DNA of 63,445 nt, filler included, from Sphacelaria rigidula (lineage: Eukaryota), in the NCBI GenBank assembly GCA_964200075.2. It is 6 parts of 6 records of this genome, joined end to end, with 100 filler letters (N's around TTAATTAATTAA, not from the genome) between each part and the next. Parts side by side here need not be neighbours in the genome. Positions count along the whole stretch, not along the records: positions 1 to 10,492 come from CAXNAA020006401.1; positions 10,593 to 21,084 come from CAXNAA020006402.1; 4 more parts are not named here. The stretch is one strand, 5' to 3'. Position 1 is the first letter of the stretch. The number at the start of each line of letters is the position of its first letter. The notes under the pieces are model-generated. The model worked only from the letters and a program-made list of their open reading frames with translations, did not search any database and was not told the origin of the DNA. This document shows positions 1 through 11,976 of this stretch, piece by piece. The translations under genes were made by a program, and so were the position numbers.

Positions 1-4
1 CTCT

Positions 5-267
5 GAGCAATGCTACGGTAGGGGTGCACTTTTTTCGCGAAATGTTGTCTGGTCCAGGGGCTCCTAACGATTCTAGACCCACAACAATTTAGGTCAGGGC
101 ATCCCCGTTCGCAGATTCATTCAGGATATCCCCAGCGCACAATGGAAGAAAGAGTGATCCTGGCGTACTCTTGCATATTTTCATAAGTCGTGTTTTGGAT
201 GAGATGAAGGGCTCCTAACAATTCTAACCTCAGAAAATATTTGTGTACCTCTACCGTAGCATCACTC
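5..267. mobile_element. MITE with GAG-start terminal inverted repeats
   Basis: Left GAGCAATGCTACGGTAGGGGTGCAC matches the reverse complement of the right end (GAGTGATGCTACGGTAGAGGTACAC). A second partial copy lies at 2960-3054. TSD is not clean (CTCT vs CCGT). Confidence 0.75.
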
Positions 268-271
268 CCGT

Positions 272-1495
272 GGATGAGCTACCAACCCGTAGCTCATCAG
301 CTCATATTCGCCCTGGTTGAGCTATGAGAGCTGCATGAGCTACGCATGTTTGCCCCGGATGAGCTATGAGAGACGCATGAGCTCCATATATATGTTTGCC
401 CTGGATGAGCTATGAGAGATGCATGAGCTACACATATGCTCTGGATGAGCTATAAGAGCTATGATAGCTACAATACGATTGTTTATCCCTTTCACCGCGA
501 GGGTAGGAGGTCTCTGAATCGGCATCATTCACACCCAGAAAATAAAGTGAACTATGCTGATTCATCAGATCGCCAGCCCACGTGGTCGAAGGGCTAACCT
601 CTTGACGGCGAGCATAAGTCATCTGTCGAATCGGCTCCGATTTCACTTGAATAACGCATGCATGACCAGATGGACTCACCCTCGCGGCCAACCGATCAAA
701 AGAAATGAATCGGTCGATTATTGTAGACACAGAATACTAATACTTTCTCCAACCATCCGACCAAGCGAACGAGGATATGTGTTGGCTTCCATTTTTCCTA
801 TCGCGAAGAGTGAGGCAAAACATCACAACCTAAGGATATGTGGCGCCATCCTTTCGAACAAGAATGCTACATCATAAGCGACACGGGGTTGGCCAGCGAC
901 GAGCTAGGCATATGACGTGAGTGAGCCACGACAGTGTGTCCCTGGGGTGAGCTACCGGGTGTAGCTCATCCGCTCATGTTTTCCCCGGGTGAGCTACAAG
1001 AGCTGTGTGAGCTACACATGTTTGCCTTGGGTGAGCTATCGAGCGTAGCCCATCCGCGTATGATTTCCCTGGGTGAGCTGTGAGAGCTACATGAGCTGCA
1101 CATGTTTGCCCCGGGTGAGCTACCAAACCCGTACCTCATCAGCTCATATTCGCTCTGAGTGAGCTATGGGAGCTGTATGAGCTACGCACGTTTGCGATAG
1201 GTGAGCTACCAACCCGTAGCTCATCAGTTTAGATTCATCCTGGGTGAGCTATGAGAACTGCATGAGCTACGCATGTTTCCCCTGGATGAGCTATCAACCC
1301 GTAGCTCATCAGCTCATATTCGCCCTGGGTGAGCTATGAGAGCTGCAGGAGGTACGCATGCTTGTCCTGGGTGAGCTACCAACTCGTAGCTCATCAGCGC
1401 ACGTTTACCTTGTGTTGAGCTATCGGACGTAGCTCACATGTACATGTTTGACTACAAATGAGCTACCGCCCGCAGATGAGCTAGCTCATGAGCTG
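272..1495. repeat. GAGCTA-rich tandem satellite, ~85-bp unit containing a 10-bp hairpin
   Basis: Units start near 272, 946, 1030, 1115, 1200, 1284 and 1369, most with a variant of GATGAGCTAC-caaccc-GTAGCTCATC. Non-repeat sequence interrupts the array at about 475-900. Confidence 0.85.
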
Positions 1496-2959
1496 TCCCA
1501 CGTGTGACCAATTATGCAAGCAAGTAGATTGCCTATGAGTTGATGTGGCATAATAATAGATGAAGCGCGACAAAAGTGAAGCACAGCGCTCGCCACAATA
1601 ATAGCATCCCATGACCAAAACAAGAGCGACTCAAACTGTACGGTGTGCTTGACACACCAACCCGCCGGGGGGCGTGAACTTCTCGACGTGCAGCGCAGCA
1701 CAGTCATCTTACACACCCCGCCGCACACGCCGCGCCATTTTTTATCAGTGAGACACATCCGATCAAAAATGGACTGCTAGGTGACGGTACACTCTGAAAT
1801 CACAGCTGCGCGTCCCTCATGATACTGATCACAATAATCGAATAACTAATGATCCCGCGATAGCGCCAGAGGTGGCGGTGGCGGCAGCAATAGCATTGCC
1901 ACGTCTCCAGCATCAACCCTTTGGGAGCCCTCCCCTTCCGTCCCCGGGTCAGACCGCTCATTATTCAAGCCTTGACAAGGAAGAAGAGATGGGAACGAAA
2001 AAGACCGACGGCAAGCAACCATTTTCGCGGCGACAGACCACAGAAGAATCCACCACCATGCGTCATGCGCGCACCAAAAATGTCACCCCGGTGTGGCCGG
2101 GTTAGTTATATTCAATGAGGGAGCGCAACGGGGTATGTGTTGTCAACTTTGTGCACACAGCCAAAATTAGCACTTGTGCGCCTGAACTCAATACGAACGA
2201 AACTTGGGCACCGTCGCTCTACTTCGATATACAACATCCAGTGCTCAAATTGGGCGCAGTCATATACAGGTGAAGCACCGCATTGCTGGACGGCATTCGG
2301 AGGTGGTGCCCGTCCAGCAGTCGGCGAGCATACCAAGCCAAATCGCACACACAGTCAGTCGTATGACCCACAAACACGGAAATCCCCTAACCATAGGTGG
2401 AAGGGTTGGCTTGGCTTCGCCACAGTCAAAAAGAGGCAAACGTCGTTTCTTCCACTTTTCACTCTCCTCGGTCTGGAAAGCACGCCCAGGGCAAATAATT
2501 TTGTGTGAAAGCTGTGTAAAACCGACATATGCCGTAAACAAGAAAAAAACTCAACTTCTACGCTTTTCCATCGCCAGTGCATCTCCAGTGCGAGAAGGGT
2601 CAAGACCAGCGTAAGACCAGGGGGGTGCCTCGGAAATTCTCCTGTGGTGAAGGTGATCTCTGATGTCCTTCAGCGGAACAACGCCGTGCCTGGGGTGTAC
2701 CTGTCGACATGCAGGATGTAGCACAAGGTTCTAGGCAAAAGTGCACCCGCGCGGGACATAATAGGTGAAGCGGGTGCTTGTTTTGCATACCTACAATTCC
2801 GCAGCAGGTGAGAAAACATCTGCGTCTAGCAGCTTGTGCCTGTTCTTCAGTCAACCATACCGCAGCAGCCCACCAAGCCGCAGCGCTCTTTGCACCCTGG
2901 GCTGTCTCTTGAAGTCATCATTATATCTGTTGCTCCGCAAGCAAAACGAGAAAAGGAAA

Positions 2960-3054
2960 GAGTTATGCTACGGTAGGAGCGCACGAAATAGTTTCTGAGG
3001 TCAGAATTATTAGGAACCCTTTATCTCATCCACAACGTCACCCATGAAATATGT
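2960..3054. mobile_element. Partial copy of the 5-267 MITE, cut by the Gypsy insertion
   Basis: GAGTTATGCTACGGTAGG...CATGAAATATG matches the reverse complement of about 175-267 and stops at the LTR start. Confidence 0.75.
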
Positions 3055-3532
3055 TGTAATGAGGTTACGGTGCTGTTGTTGCAAGCACAGGCTCACTAGC
3101 CAAGGCAAGGGGGTCAGTCCTCGAGACTGAACGGCCAGGCCAAACAAAAAGGCACCGTCTCAAACAGGACGTGTCCAACGAATAGTAATATCTCACGCGC
3201 AAGTTATATCTCCTTCTTTATTGCTTGATCTCGACCTTCCAGTATCCACTCAATCAATCCGATCTCACGCTGAGTATATCAGTCTCACCAGTGGTAGACT
3301 TCTTGCCGAGAGAGGGGCAGTAGATGGTAGTGACAGAGGGTGGCCCTCGCTTGCCAAAGGCACGCTCAAGCCATCATCGCCTCTGCCATATACAAATTCA
3401 CACTCGTACGTGATCAACTCTGAACAGAACTGCAGTCTTGGGTCTTAGAATACCCTAATAGCGAATATAAAGCCGGGCTCATCAACGGGTCTGAGGCGGC
3501 ATGATAACAGGCTAATATGCGTCCTCATGACA
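3055..3532 (-). repeat. 3' LTR of the Ty3/Gypsy element
   Basis: Bounded by TGTAATGAGG ... CCTCATGACA (9/10 inverted, TG..CA). A purine-rich PPT-like tract (minus strand GTCTGGGTGGGTTAG) lies immediately internal at 3533-3547. The 5' LTR is not on this contig. Confidence 0.65.
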
Positions 3533-4448
3533 CTAACCCACCCAGACAACCCTTAATTACAGCTGCGAGGATTTATCCTCAAAGCAGCGACAACTAAGGT
3601 TTCCTTTACTCGTAAAGTTATGAGCGGCTAATGAAGCATACCTATGGAAACGCTCCCGTACCCAACAGATTTATCCTCAAAGCATTGTAAGGAAACACTC
3701 CCGTACCCAACACTCCCGTACCCACCCCCACACCTCAAAAGAAGGGAAGCGTATACTGCTTTGAAACGCGGAAGCACAAACTGCTTCTGCGTGCTAGCGA
3801 TCAACGAAGAAGCACAAATTGCTTTGGCGTCCTAGCAAAACGAAGGGGAAAGCAGAAAGGTACAACAGGGAGCAGAGGTTCAACCTGGGATAATCCAAAG
3901 AGGAAAAAACGGCAGGGAGATACAACAGGGAGCAGAGCTTCGACCTGGGGGAATCCAAAGGTAAAACAGGGAGCAGAGCTTCAACCTGGGGGAATCCAAA
4001 GAGAAAAAAAATGTGAGATCAGTATGCGACCACGCATGTTGGTCGGAAGCAAAATCTAAAAATCGGTGATCCAACGAGATCGAGCGCCAGCCGAAAGGAG
4101 ATACTATAGCTCCAGCAGTCGTAGATGGTGGGTGTCTTCAGTAATTCTTCAATGGTCGTCCGAAGTAGGTGGTCCTGCTGTTGGTGTCGTAGAATAGGGT
4201 CCTAGTGAAGAAGGGAGGGCAAACAGTGCTACAGAAGGGGGGGCAACAGTTGCGGCGAAGGAGCGTGGTTCAGAGCGGGGCGTGGACGTCGTGGGTGTGA
4301 TCGATGTTGCGCTGGAGACCGCGGCGAAGTCCTTTGGACTTAAGGCGCTGGAGGCACCAGGATCCGCGTGGTGCAGATGGGCTGGCGGTGTATAGTGCTG
4401 GCCGGAGCTGAGCCGTATGGATCGAGGGTCATCGATGAAGCGCACGAT

Positions 4449-7400
4449 CTATGTGTCGGCAAAAACCAGGTTAGCGAAGTGGGTCTGAACCAACCACCAG
4501 AGGTTGTCGCTGCCTTTGAACCAAAGGTAGCTGCCCTTGGGCAGTATTCGTTGGTTTGCGAAGAACTTCGACTTACAAGTTTTGGTGGGTAAAAGTTCGT
4601 AACCATCGGCGACGAAGCGTAGTCCCTGATCGCGGTGAAATTCGCGGGCTGCTGCGCCACGACGCATGTTGTGATATTTCTTGTTGTGAGCAACATGCTG
4701 ATGTTGGCATTGCGTCCAGGACAGGAGGATTGCACGGCGGTGCAATTGAAGATCGGATTCGCGTTCCCCAGACGCTCTCTGGAGACCGTGCCAGTGGGTC
4801 TTATACATGACAGCAATTTTGCCACCTCGACCACGGTTTATCTAGTGGCCGGAGATGGAGGACACGGTCAATCGGAGAAGCTGTTCCGTCACGTCATCGG
4901 TGGTAGCGTGGTAGGGCGGGGACCTGGTCGAGTAGCTGTTGAGAACATACTGTGTGAGTCCGGCAGGCAGGTACTTGGGTATGTCGCTTGTATCATACGG
5001 GTTCGTGCAGGATTTGCATCTGTGCACGGAGACGCGGGGTTCGGTGTCCTTGCCCTGGAAGTCGCGAGGCCAGTCGAGATAGAGCAGTTTGTCACCAAAG
5101 GGTTCATCATGCGGTAATGATGGCGATGGTCCGACAGTCAGGATCTTGGATGGTCCTCTCCAATTGAGGGACAATTGTGTCTTTATAATTGTTACGTTGG
5201 CTGCCTTGCTGGTGCCTTGGTGGATGGTCGATAAACTGTTGTAGATCCAAACCCAATAAAAAACTTTCCAGTTGGGGTGTTTGTGCATGAGGTTGTAGAG
5301 AGCAGTGTTGGATCTCTCTAGGTGCGAGGCGTTGATAGCGTGTTGCTCGTGCACGAGGGTAAACGCTTTGCGCTGTCGTGCATGCGCTAGCTCGTGATAG
5401 GATATATGATCCTGATCCAATCCTTGGTGGCCATCGAACGTGTGTCGCTCAAACACAGTGATGGGCAGCCGAGGGTAACGCCAAAGATGGAGTTCGCTAG
5501 GAGAAAGGCCTGTGACGGCGTTAACCGAGTTGTTGTAGGACAACATGATGTGCGAGAGATGTAGATCCCAGTCATTTTGGCGGTCATTGACAACCATAAA
5601 GAGCACCTGAGCCATGGTGTGATTAACTCTTTCGGTACCACCGTTACCGCTCGGGTGGTAGGCGCTTGTGGCAATTTCGCGGATGCCCAGGAGCTTGTGA
5701 AGCTCATCAGAGAGATCTCAGAAAAATTGCTGACCATTGTCTGAAAGGAGTCGCTTCGGGCAATCGTAGTGCTCAATGTAGTCGTGGACCAATATGTCGG
5801 CCGTGCCGGCGGCAGTGAAATCTGCGGCGGTTACCGCGTACATGGACGCGTGGCGACTGAAGCGGTCAGTGGAGAGTAAGATGTAGGTGTTGCCGCGACC
5901 ACTGGTCGGTAGAGGGCCAAAGTAGTCAAAGGACACAAGGTGGCCTGGCTCGTTGGGGAGTCCCATAGAGATGACGGGCCAGCGTACTGTCTGCCGTGAA
6001 GTCTTTCAGACTTGGCATTTGAAGCATCGCCGAATCCAGAACCGGGTGGAAATTTCCATGCCAACCCACCAGTAGAAGCGTTCCAAGAGCGCTAGGGTGC
6101 GGGTGACGCCAAGGTGACACGACAAGCCTGTGTGGCAGCCTTTCATGACCCAGGGGCGCATTAAAAATGGAACATCTATGCGCGTTGGTTCGTCGTCGAG
6201 TAGTCGTGCGTGGCGTCCCGTGGCTGAGACGGAAATTGCGCCTGTTAAGGGCGTGGGGCGACGCACGAGTAGTTGTACACCTTCATTCGCAGTAAAAAGG
6301 GTGCCTTCACGCACGAGCTCGTATACGTCAGAAATAACTGGTGGTGGCAGTGTGCCAACCGGGGCCAGAAGGGCGGATGGAAAAGAGACTGGACAGTCAA
6401 GTTGTAAGGACGTGATGGCTGCGCGACATAGCGGTTCTGCGTTTTGTTCGCGAGCCCAATCACGGTGAGAGTAGCTGGCGAAATACTGGCGTAGTTGACC
6501 TTCCGCTGGCGAGCTGACCAAACATGGTGGGGTAGGCAGCGGGGGAATAGGCGACGGGGCAGGAGTGCCGACGCCAATATCTGCTCCGGGAGCAGGAGCT
6601 ACGTCGTCAGCTCCATCCTCGGGAGCGGTAGATGTTGGTGGCGCCGTTATAGGCGGCAGGGCTGTATTAGTGCGCGGAGAAGGTTGTCCGCGGCGCGTAG
6701 TGCACGTTGCGGGAGTGTTGGCGGAGCGTTGCGTGCTGGTCCGTGGAACCTGTGTTGCGTGGCTTGTGGAATTTGCAGGTGTTATCGGTGGCGGCGGGGC
6801 ACTCGGGGTGGTGCGGGCGGCAGACCGGGAGCGCGTGTTGTCGGAGATTAGGTGGGTGAACGAAGGTGTCTCCGTGAAGAGCTTCGCGCGAGTACCGAAA
6901 GTGCGGAAATCGACAAAATCGGAGGTAGTGGGTTTTAACCCACCCAAGACGGCGTCATATGGTAGAGGGTGAGGTCTTCCCGTATCCATACCAATTTCTG
7001 GGCGCTGGAGATCGAGGGCGCAAACGGGCGTTGAAAAACGCCTAATCGTGTAAATTCCAGGTTCATCGGGTTCCGTTAAACGGCAAGCCGGGCTGGAATC
7101 TGCGGCCGCAGGCGGCAGGGGTAGGCGAGAAAGAAGATCAGCGGTCCCGATGGTTTTGCCTCGACGGTGCTTAATGGTATACCAGTATGCTGTTAGGAAC
7201 TCCAACCATCGTTGTACACGCGGGTTGTGTTCGCCAACCTTAGCGAGTGGTTCGAGTGCTCCATGATCCGTATAGATCTCAAAGGGCACGTGAAACAGAT
7301 ATTGTCGAAGGCGCTTAATGGCCCAAGTGATTACTCCGCCTTCCAGTTCTAGCGGGCTCCAATTAGCCTCGTTGGGCAGGGTAGCGCGGCTGATATAAAG

Positions 7401-8636
7401 GATGGGTCGGACGGAGCCATCAACCTGAGGTTGATTCAAAACTCCTCCAAATCCGTTTGTGCTGGCGTCAGTGTGGAGTTGAAAAAGACGAGAGCCATCT
7501 TGTACTGCCTCCCAATCAGGAAAGCAGAGTACCGGCTTTTCGGTAGGCGTCTTGAGTAATGCGCGGGTGATATTCTCCATATCGGTTGTGAAGGAAAACA
7601 CGGCTCCTTTCTTGAGAAGCTCAGTAAGGGGGTGGATCCGTTTTGATAGATTCGGAAAAAAAATGCGGTAGTAGGATAGTCCGCCCAACAATGAGCGAAG
7701 TTGAGAAATTTTAGTTGGCATCGGCAAGTCAGGCATCGCCTTGACTTTGTTTGTATCCGGATGCAGGCCTGCTGGCGAAATGGAATACCCCAGGAAAACC
7801 AAGTCAGTCGCACCAAGGCGAGCTTTGGATGGAGACCATTTCAAATCGTGTGTGCGTAGACGAGAAAGAAATTCTCGTGGAGTGCGGATATGTGCAATAG
7901 GTGAGGCATCGAAAGCGATAGCGTCATCCAGGTACATGATGATGTGCTCGAAGCCCTCGGTGACGCGTTGCATTAAGCGTTGAAAGCATCCCGGGGCAGT
8001 GGCAGCGCCTTGTGGCATTCGAAGCCACTCGTAGAGTCCGGAGGAGGTACAAAAGGCCGTCAGTGGGACTGTGTCAGGGTGAATAGCATTCTGAAATAAT
8101 CCAGAAGCGACGTCGAAGGTGCTGAATATTTTCCTCCGCCTAAAACACGGGATCCTACAAATTGGGGATGGATCTTTTATTGGGGGTGAGAAACCCGGAG
8201 AAATAAAATCTTCGTATCCACACCAAATCTTCGAAATATGGTTCCATTTCTTCACCTACCGATAGCTATTGACAACTGCTACACGCCATAGAAATTTGGA
8301 CTTCGATCACCGATATCTTGGGGTCCTAGGTGAAAAACCAATTTTGGAGAATTTCGGGTGTCTGAACGGACGCCAAAATGGTTCCGAATTTGTTTTTTTA
8401 CCTAGGACCCCAACATTTTGGTGATCGAAGTCCAAATTTGTATCGCGTGTAGCAGTTGTCAATAGCTATCGGCAGGTGAAGAAATGAAACCATATTTCGA
8501 AGATTTGGTGTGGATACGAAGATTTCAATTCTCCGGGTTTCTCATCCCCAATAAAAGATCCATCCCCAATTTGTAAGATCCCGTGTTCTAAGGAGTCGAA
8601 GACTTTATCAATGCGGGGAATTGGAAGTTTACCGAC
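4449..8636 (-). pseudogene. Gypsy pol pseudogene (RT, RNase H, integrase, chromo-like domain)
   Basis: RT: LPIPRID...FSTFDVASG, MPQG, YLDD. RNase H: TDAS/ELE/TDH. Integrase: HHCC (CHTGLSCHLG...CFKC) and D-D-E (SFDY, SDNG, GTER). Chromo-like ISGH*...VMYKTHW..ERESDL. Stops at 6006 and 4842, frameshifts near 5980 and 5720, and a MITE inserted in RT. Confidence 0.92.
8144..8587. mobile_element. 444-bp foldback MITE, AACACGGGATC termini, 4-bp TSD CTAA
   Basis: About 190-bp inverted arms, with CTAA at 8140-8143 and 8588-8591. Removing it restores RT ...DSL-GGGKIFSTFD. A second copy lies at 54160-54604. Confidence 0.95.
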
Positions 8637-10492
8637 CACAGTTATGGGTGCGCCTGACCCCCCAAAATGGGCAAAAAAAGCGTCACCGACCGAAAGCACG
8701 AACAGACCGCAGATCTCGTTCATCCCCTGACTATGCACGCCGTAAAATCCCCCAAAGTGCTTGTGACTTGAGAGGGGTTTCCACTTGACGACTTCCTATT
8801 TTCGTCGTCCCGGACTACGAACCATGGCGTGCCTTGGCTACTCACCGGCGTGTATTTGTCCAAGCTATAACCTGATACCATTGTGGAACCAAAGGAGTTA
8901 CAGTGGTGAAGAAAATCACAAAAATCCCATGTTTTTCCCACTTAATTTGTTATCAAACTCGAATCCGGATGAAATAAAAAAACTCGACAAAGGGATTTCT
9001 AGCTGTCGTCTTGGCGCAGATGATGCAGAAAATCGCATCCCAATTGATGGCCTTGGCGATGAGTAATGGGGGCAACATATTGTGCTATGATCGCAAACAC
9101 GCGCCTCCGACACTCGCCGGTTTCCACGACATGCGAAAACTTCACCCCTATCAAACGGCCTCAGAATAGATTATACTCATGAATGACTCTTGATAGTGCA
9201 GATGCTTGATACATCGCATGTGTGGAATGTTCGACAGGTGTAGAATTTGAACCTTCGACCGAACCCCTAGAATCTTCCGTGTCTGCGAGACATTTACCCC
9301 CATCTGTGCATCGCTTGTAATAGTGGCAAGAGAAGCGCTCGTTCTCCTGCACCCGGTGTCATCACCACGCCACCATCGATAGCGTAGTTTTGTATCTAAT
9401 CTCACCTGGCGGTAAGTATGGGCAAACTCTGAACTGAAGGAGAAAAGAAAGCCACACAGCAAGCTGGCGCTCAACAAAAAGAGCGGTATCCGCAATGGCA
9501 ACACACTCCAACAGCCGTTATAGACATGATCATGAGTCGCACGAACGAAAGCAAGATTCATCTTGGCGACCTTGCAGCAGCGAATCGAACAAATTGTAAC
9601 ACCAACCCTAACCCTAACCACAACAAGAGCATACCGAGAATCCTTGGGCAAGGCGGGTGCAACGTCTTCCCTATGCGAAGTGTGCGTTGCCAGACCACAA
9701 ATCGGTGCTCCAGGCGCCGATTCAGACAAAAACGCGTTGTGGCCACGCTAGGAGCATGCTAGGAGCACAGCTCCCATAAAAAGATCCGGATTTCGGTGTT
9801 CACAATAAAATCAAGATGGACCAACTTACCCTCCCGAATGGTCAACTATACTGCGTCAAGACGACACAAAAGACAGCAAAAAGTCGTCGGCCCACTTTTG
9901 CTGAAGCCACATGGCACCGAAGCCCCATTCGTGTCTTTCAGTGCACCCACCCATTCTAAGACACGCGTTTGTTGTATCGGCAGTGGTGGGTGACGGCCCA
10001 CGGTTTGTTTTCATTCCCTCTTGGAACACGATATCTTTGGAGTACGACGAAAATCATACACATTCATGAAATGAAAAGGCATGCCCACGGAGCAACAAAT
10101 ACACTTGCACAAGACGAGTCATTCATCCGCTGATTTTGTAGAGCGATGGAATCCGATGAATCAAACTCCTCAAAACATGACGAGGAGGTCGACCAACATC
10201 CGCCCAGCCTACATGACACACCCGGCGACTGTACTCCACTCGTCTGTGTAAGGGCCGTCCTCGTTGAAATTCATCAGTACATATGGTTCTGTCGCATGTC
10301 GAGCGTATGGTTTGCCCCAATTTCGAGCCGCGTTCCCAAAAATAAATGTTAAGCGTTCCGGTTTCACTTACCGGCGTACAAATGTTCACGGTTGATATCA
10401 CTTGGTTTGAGTGCGTACAACGAGAGTCGGATTTCAAGTAGGACTGACAGTCCCGTGGGCTCCTCGTGTGAGCAGAACGTGTTTTCGTTGAA
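8637..10492 (-). mobile_element. Non-autonomous ~2-kb TIR element inserted in Gypsy RT, truncated by the contig end
   Basis: Starts with the TIR (CA)CAGTTATGGGTGCGCCTGACCCCCCAAAATG. Colinear in reverse complement with 34166 down to about 32510 on contig 4. Confidence 0.88.
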
Positions 10493-10592
10493 NNNNNNNN
10501 NNNNNNNNNNNNNNNNNNNNNNNNNNNNNNNNNNNNTTAATTAATTAANNNNNNNNNNNNNNNNNNNNNNNNNNNNNNNNNNNNNNNNNNNN
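10493..10592. other. Artificial contig-joining spacer (N-run / TTAATTAATTAA / N-run)
   Basis: 100-bp spacer with a six-frame stop linker. The same spacer recurs at 21085-21184, 31676-31775, 42266-42365 and 52856-52955. Confidence 0.98.
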
Positions 10593-10889
10593 GGGGGGGG
10601 GGGGGGGGGGGGGGGGGGCGTACTCATTTGTTTCTTGCCTTGGTTGTTCGACCATTGATCACGCACACCTTTCGAGACGGAGCACCGTCTCTCGGGGATA
10701 GTTTATTCCAAATACCGGTGACTACAAACATTTTCTACGGTTACGGCGAGCCGATATCGTTAGGGTGGGAGAGGACGCGGATTCGGTTGCTGCCAGAGGC
10801 GTTTTTTTCTTGTTGAAAAGTATCTCATTTCCGCCGTTGAAAGCGTCATGACGTACGTGAGAAGACGAAAAGAGCATGGCTAAAAATTG

Positions 10890-11055
10890 ATCGATGAGAG
10901 TTTACGCGGTGCGGGAGTGATGATAGTCATGATCCAATCCGCGAGATCGAAAGATGGGGCGTGTGCTGGGGGGCAGATGACATTATGGACTCGTCTCGAG
11001 GAAGGAGTTGCAAGTGTGACGAAAAATAGCAAAAAGAAAAAGAGAGAAAAAAACG
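10890..11055 (+). mobile_element. SINE family B, 5'-truncated copy
   Basis: ACGCGGTGCGGGAG...CATGATCCAATCCGCG...GGACTCGTCTCGAGGAAGG...A-rich tail, matching the 3' half of 24791-25111. Confidence 0.75.
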
Positions 11056-11622
11056 AGCGGTCCAATCTTGTGCTCTCTTCTTTGGTGTGTTAGTACTTTA
11101 GTAGTGTTTTTACGACAATCTAAAGCATGCATTGCACTTCATGTGGACGGTATTTTTAATGGGGACTGTGTCTGTTTCATCTTTTAAATTCTATCATCAT
11201 TTTGGCTATTATTATATCATGGGAGTTTGTTCGAGACATACGGAAACGTTGTATATGCATGTCAAGCCCTTCGAAGTGAAAAAAAGGACTTGCGACAGTA
11301 GGAACGGCAGTTCACTGTGCCGCAGGATTCCTGCACGTGAACGCACTACGTACTGCATTTTTTTTGTTTTTTTCGTTGACATTTTTTCGATGCACCTTTC
11401 CCCGTCGTTGTGTGAACCTTGGTCAGTTGTGGATAGCTTGTGCACTGGCCACGGTGGGGGTTGCTCTCGTCAGTCTGGGAGGGATGGCCGTGTCAGGGAC
11501 GACAGGTATTTTTTTGCATCTCATGTTTTTTGTTTTTTTACGTACTTCGAGATCATGATGTGTAATTACCGCGAAGACGATGTAAAAGTGCGATTAATTT
11601 TCTCCTTCATATTCAAGTACAC

Positions 11623-11976
11623 GTGGCTCGGTTGGTAACCTCGAAACCTTCTGACGGTTGGGTCGTGGGTTCAATTCTCGGAGCGATCTGGGATATTTTC
11701 TGACGCCATCCCCCAACAGTGGAGAACGACTATGTCGTGGGTACCCAAAATTCGACTTACTTGTCGACGAGGGAAAGGGAATGCTGAACCCCTCTCGCGA
11801 TAAAAAATAAAAAAACAAGCAACGCAGAAGGAAGGTGGGGCACCAAAAACAAATGAAAAAGAAGAAGCTCCTGTGTTGACCTTCCTCCTGTGTGACCCCG
11901 GCTGGTGCGCCCACATATATATACCGAAAGGTGTACACTGGCGTCCAGAATAGAAGGGACGACAACACACACACAA
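11623..11976 (+). mobile_element. tRNA-derived SINE family A
   Basis: A-box TGGCTCGGTTGG, B-box-like GGTTCAATTCTC, conserved body CGACGAGGGAAAGGG...CCGAAAGGTGTA and (CA)n tail. Five copies in the window. Confidence 0.8.

Larger units (their letters stand above)
3055..8636 (-). mobile_element. Degenerate Ty3/Gypsy LTR retrotransposon with a chromodomain-like integrase tail, 5'-truncated
   Basis: Domain order RT-RNaseH-integrase-chromo-like, followed by a 3' UTR with short tandem repeats (3650-3725, 3860-4000), PPT and LTR. Confidence 0.92.

Noticed and set aside
272..1495. CRISPR-like regularly spaced palindromes
   Set aside because: Intervening sequences are near-identical rather than unique spacers, there are no cas genes, and the context is eukaryotic.
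8144..8255. N-terminus MKKWNHISKIW... of the 749-aa ORF
   Set aside because: It is read-through from the inserted MITE; the true RT continues at 8592-8636.
8637..8643. CACAGTT terminus as a Transib/RSS-like heptamer
   Set aside because: The other end of the full copy does not show CAC, the flanks fit an 8-10 bp TSD better than 5 bp, and no transposase is present.
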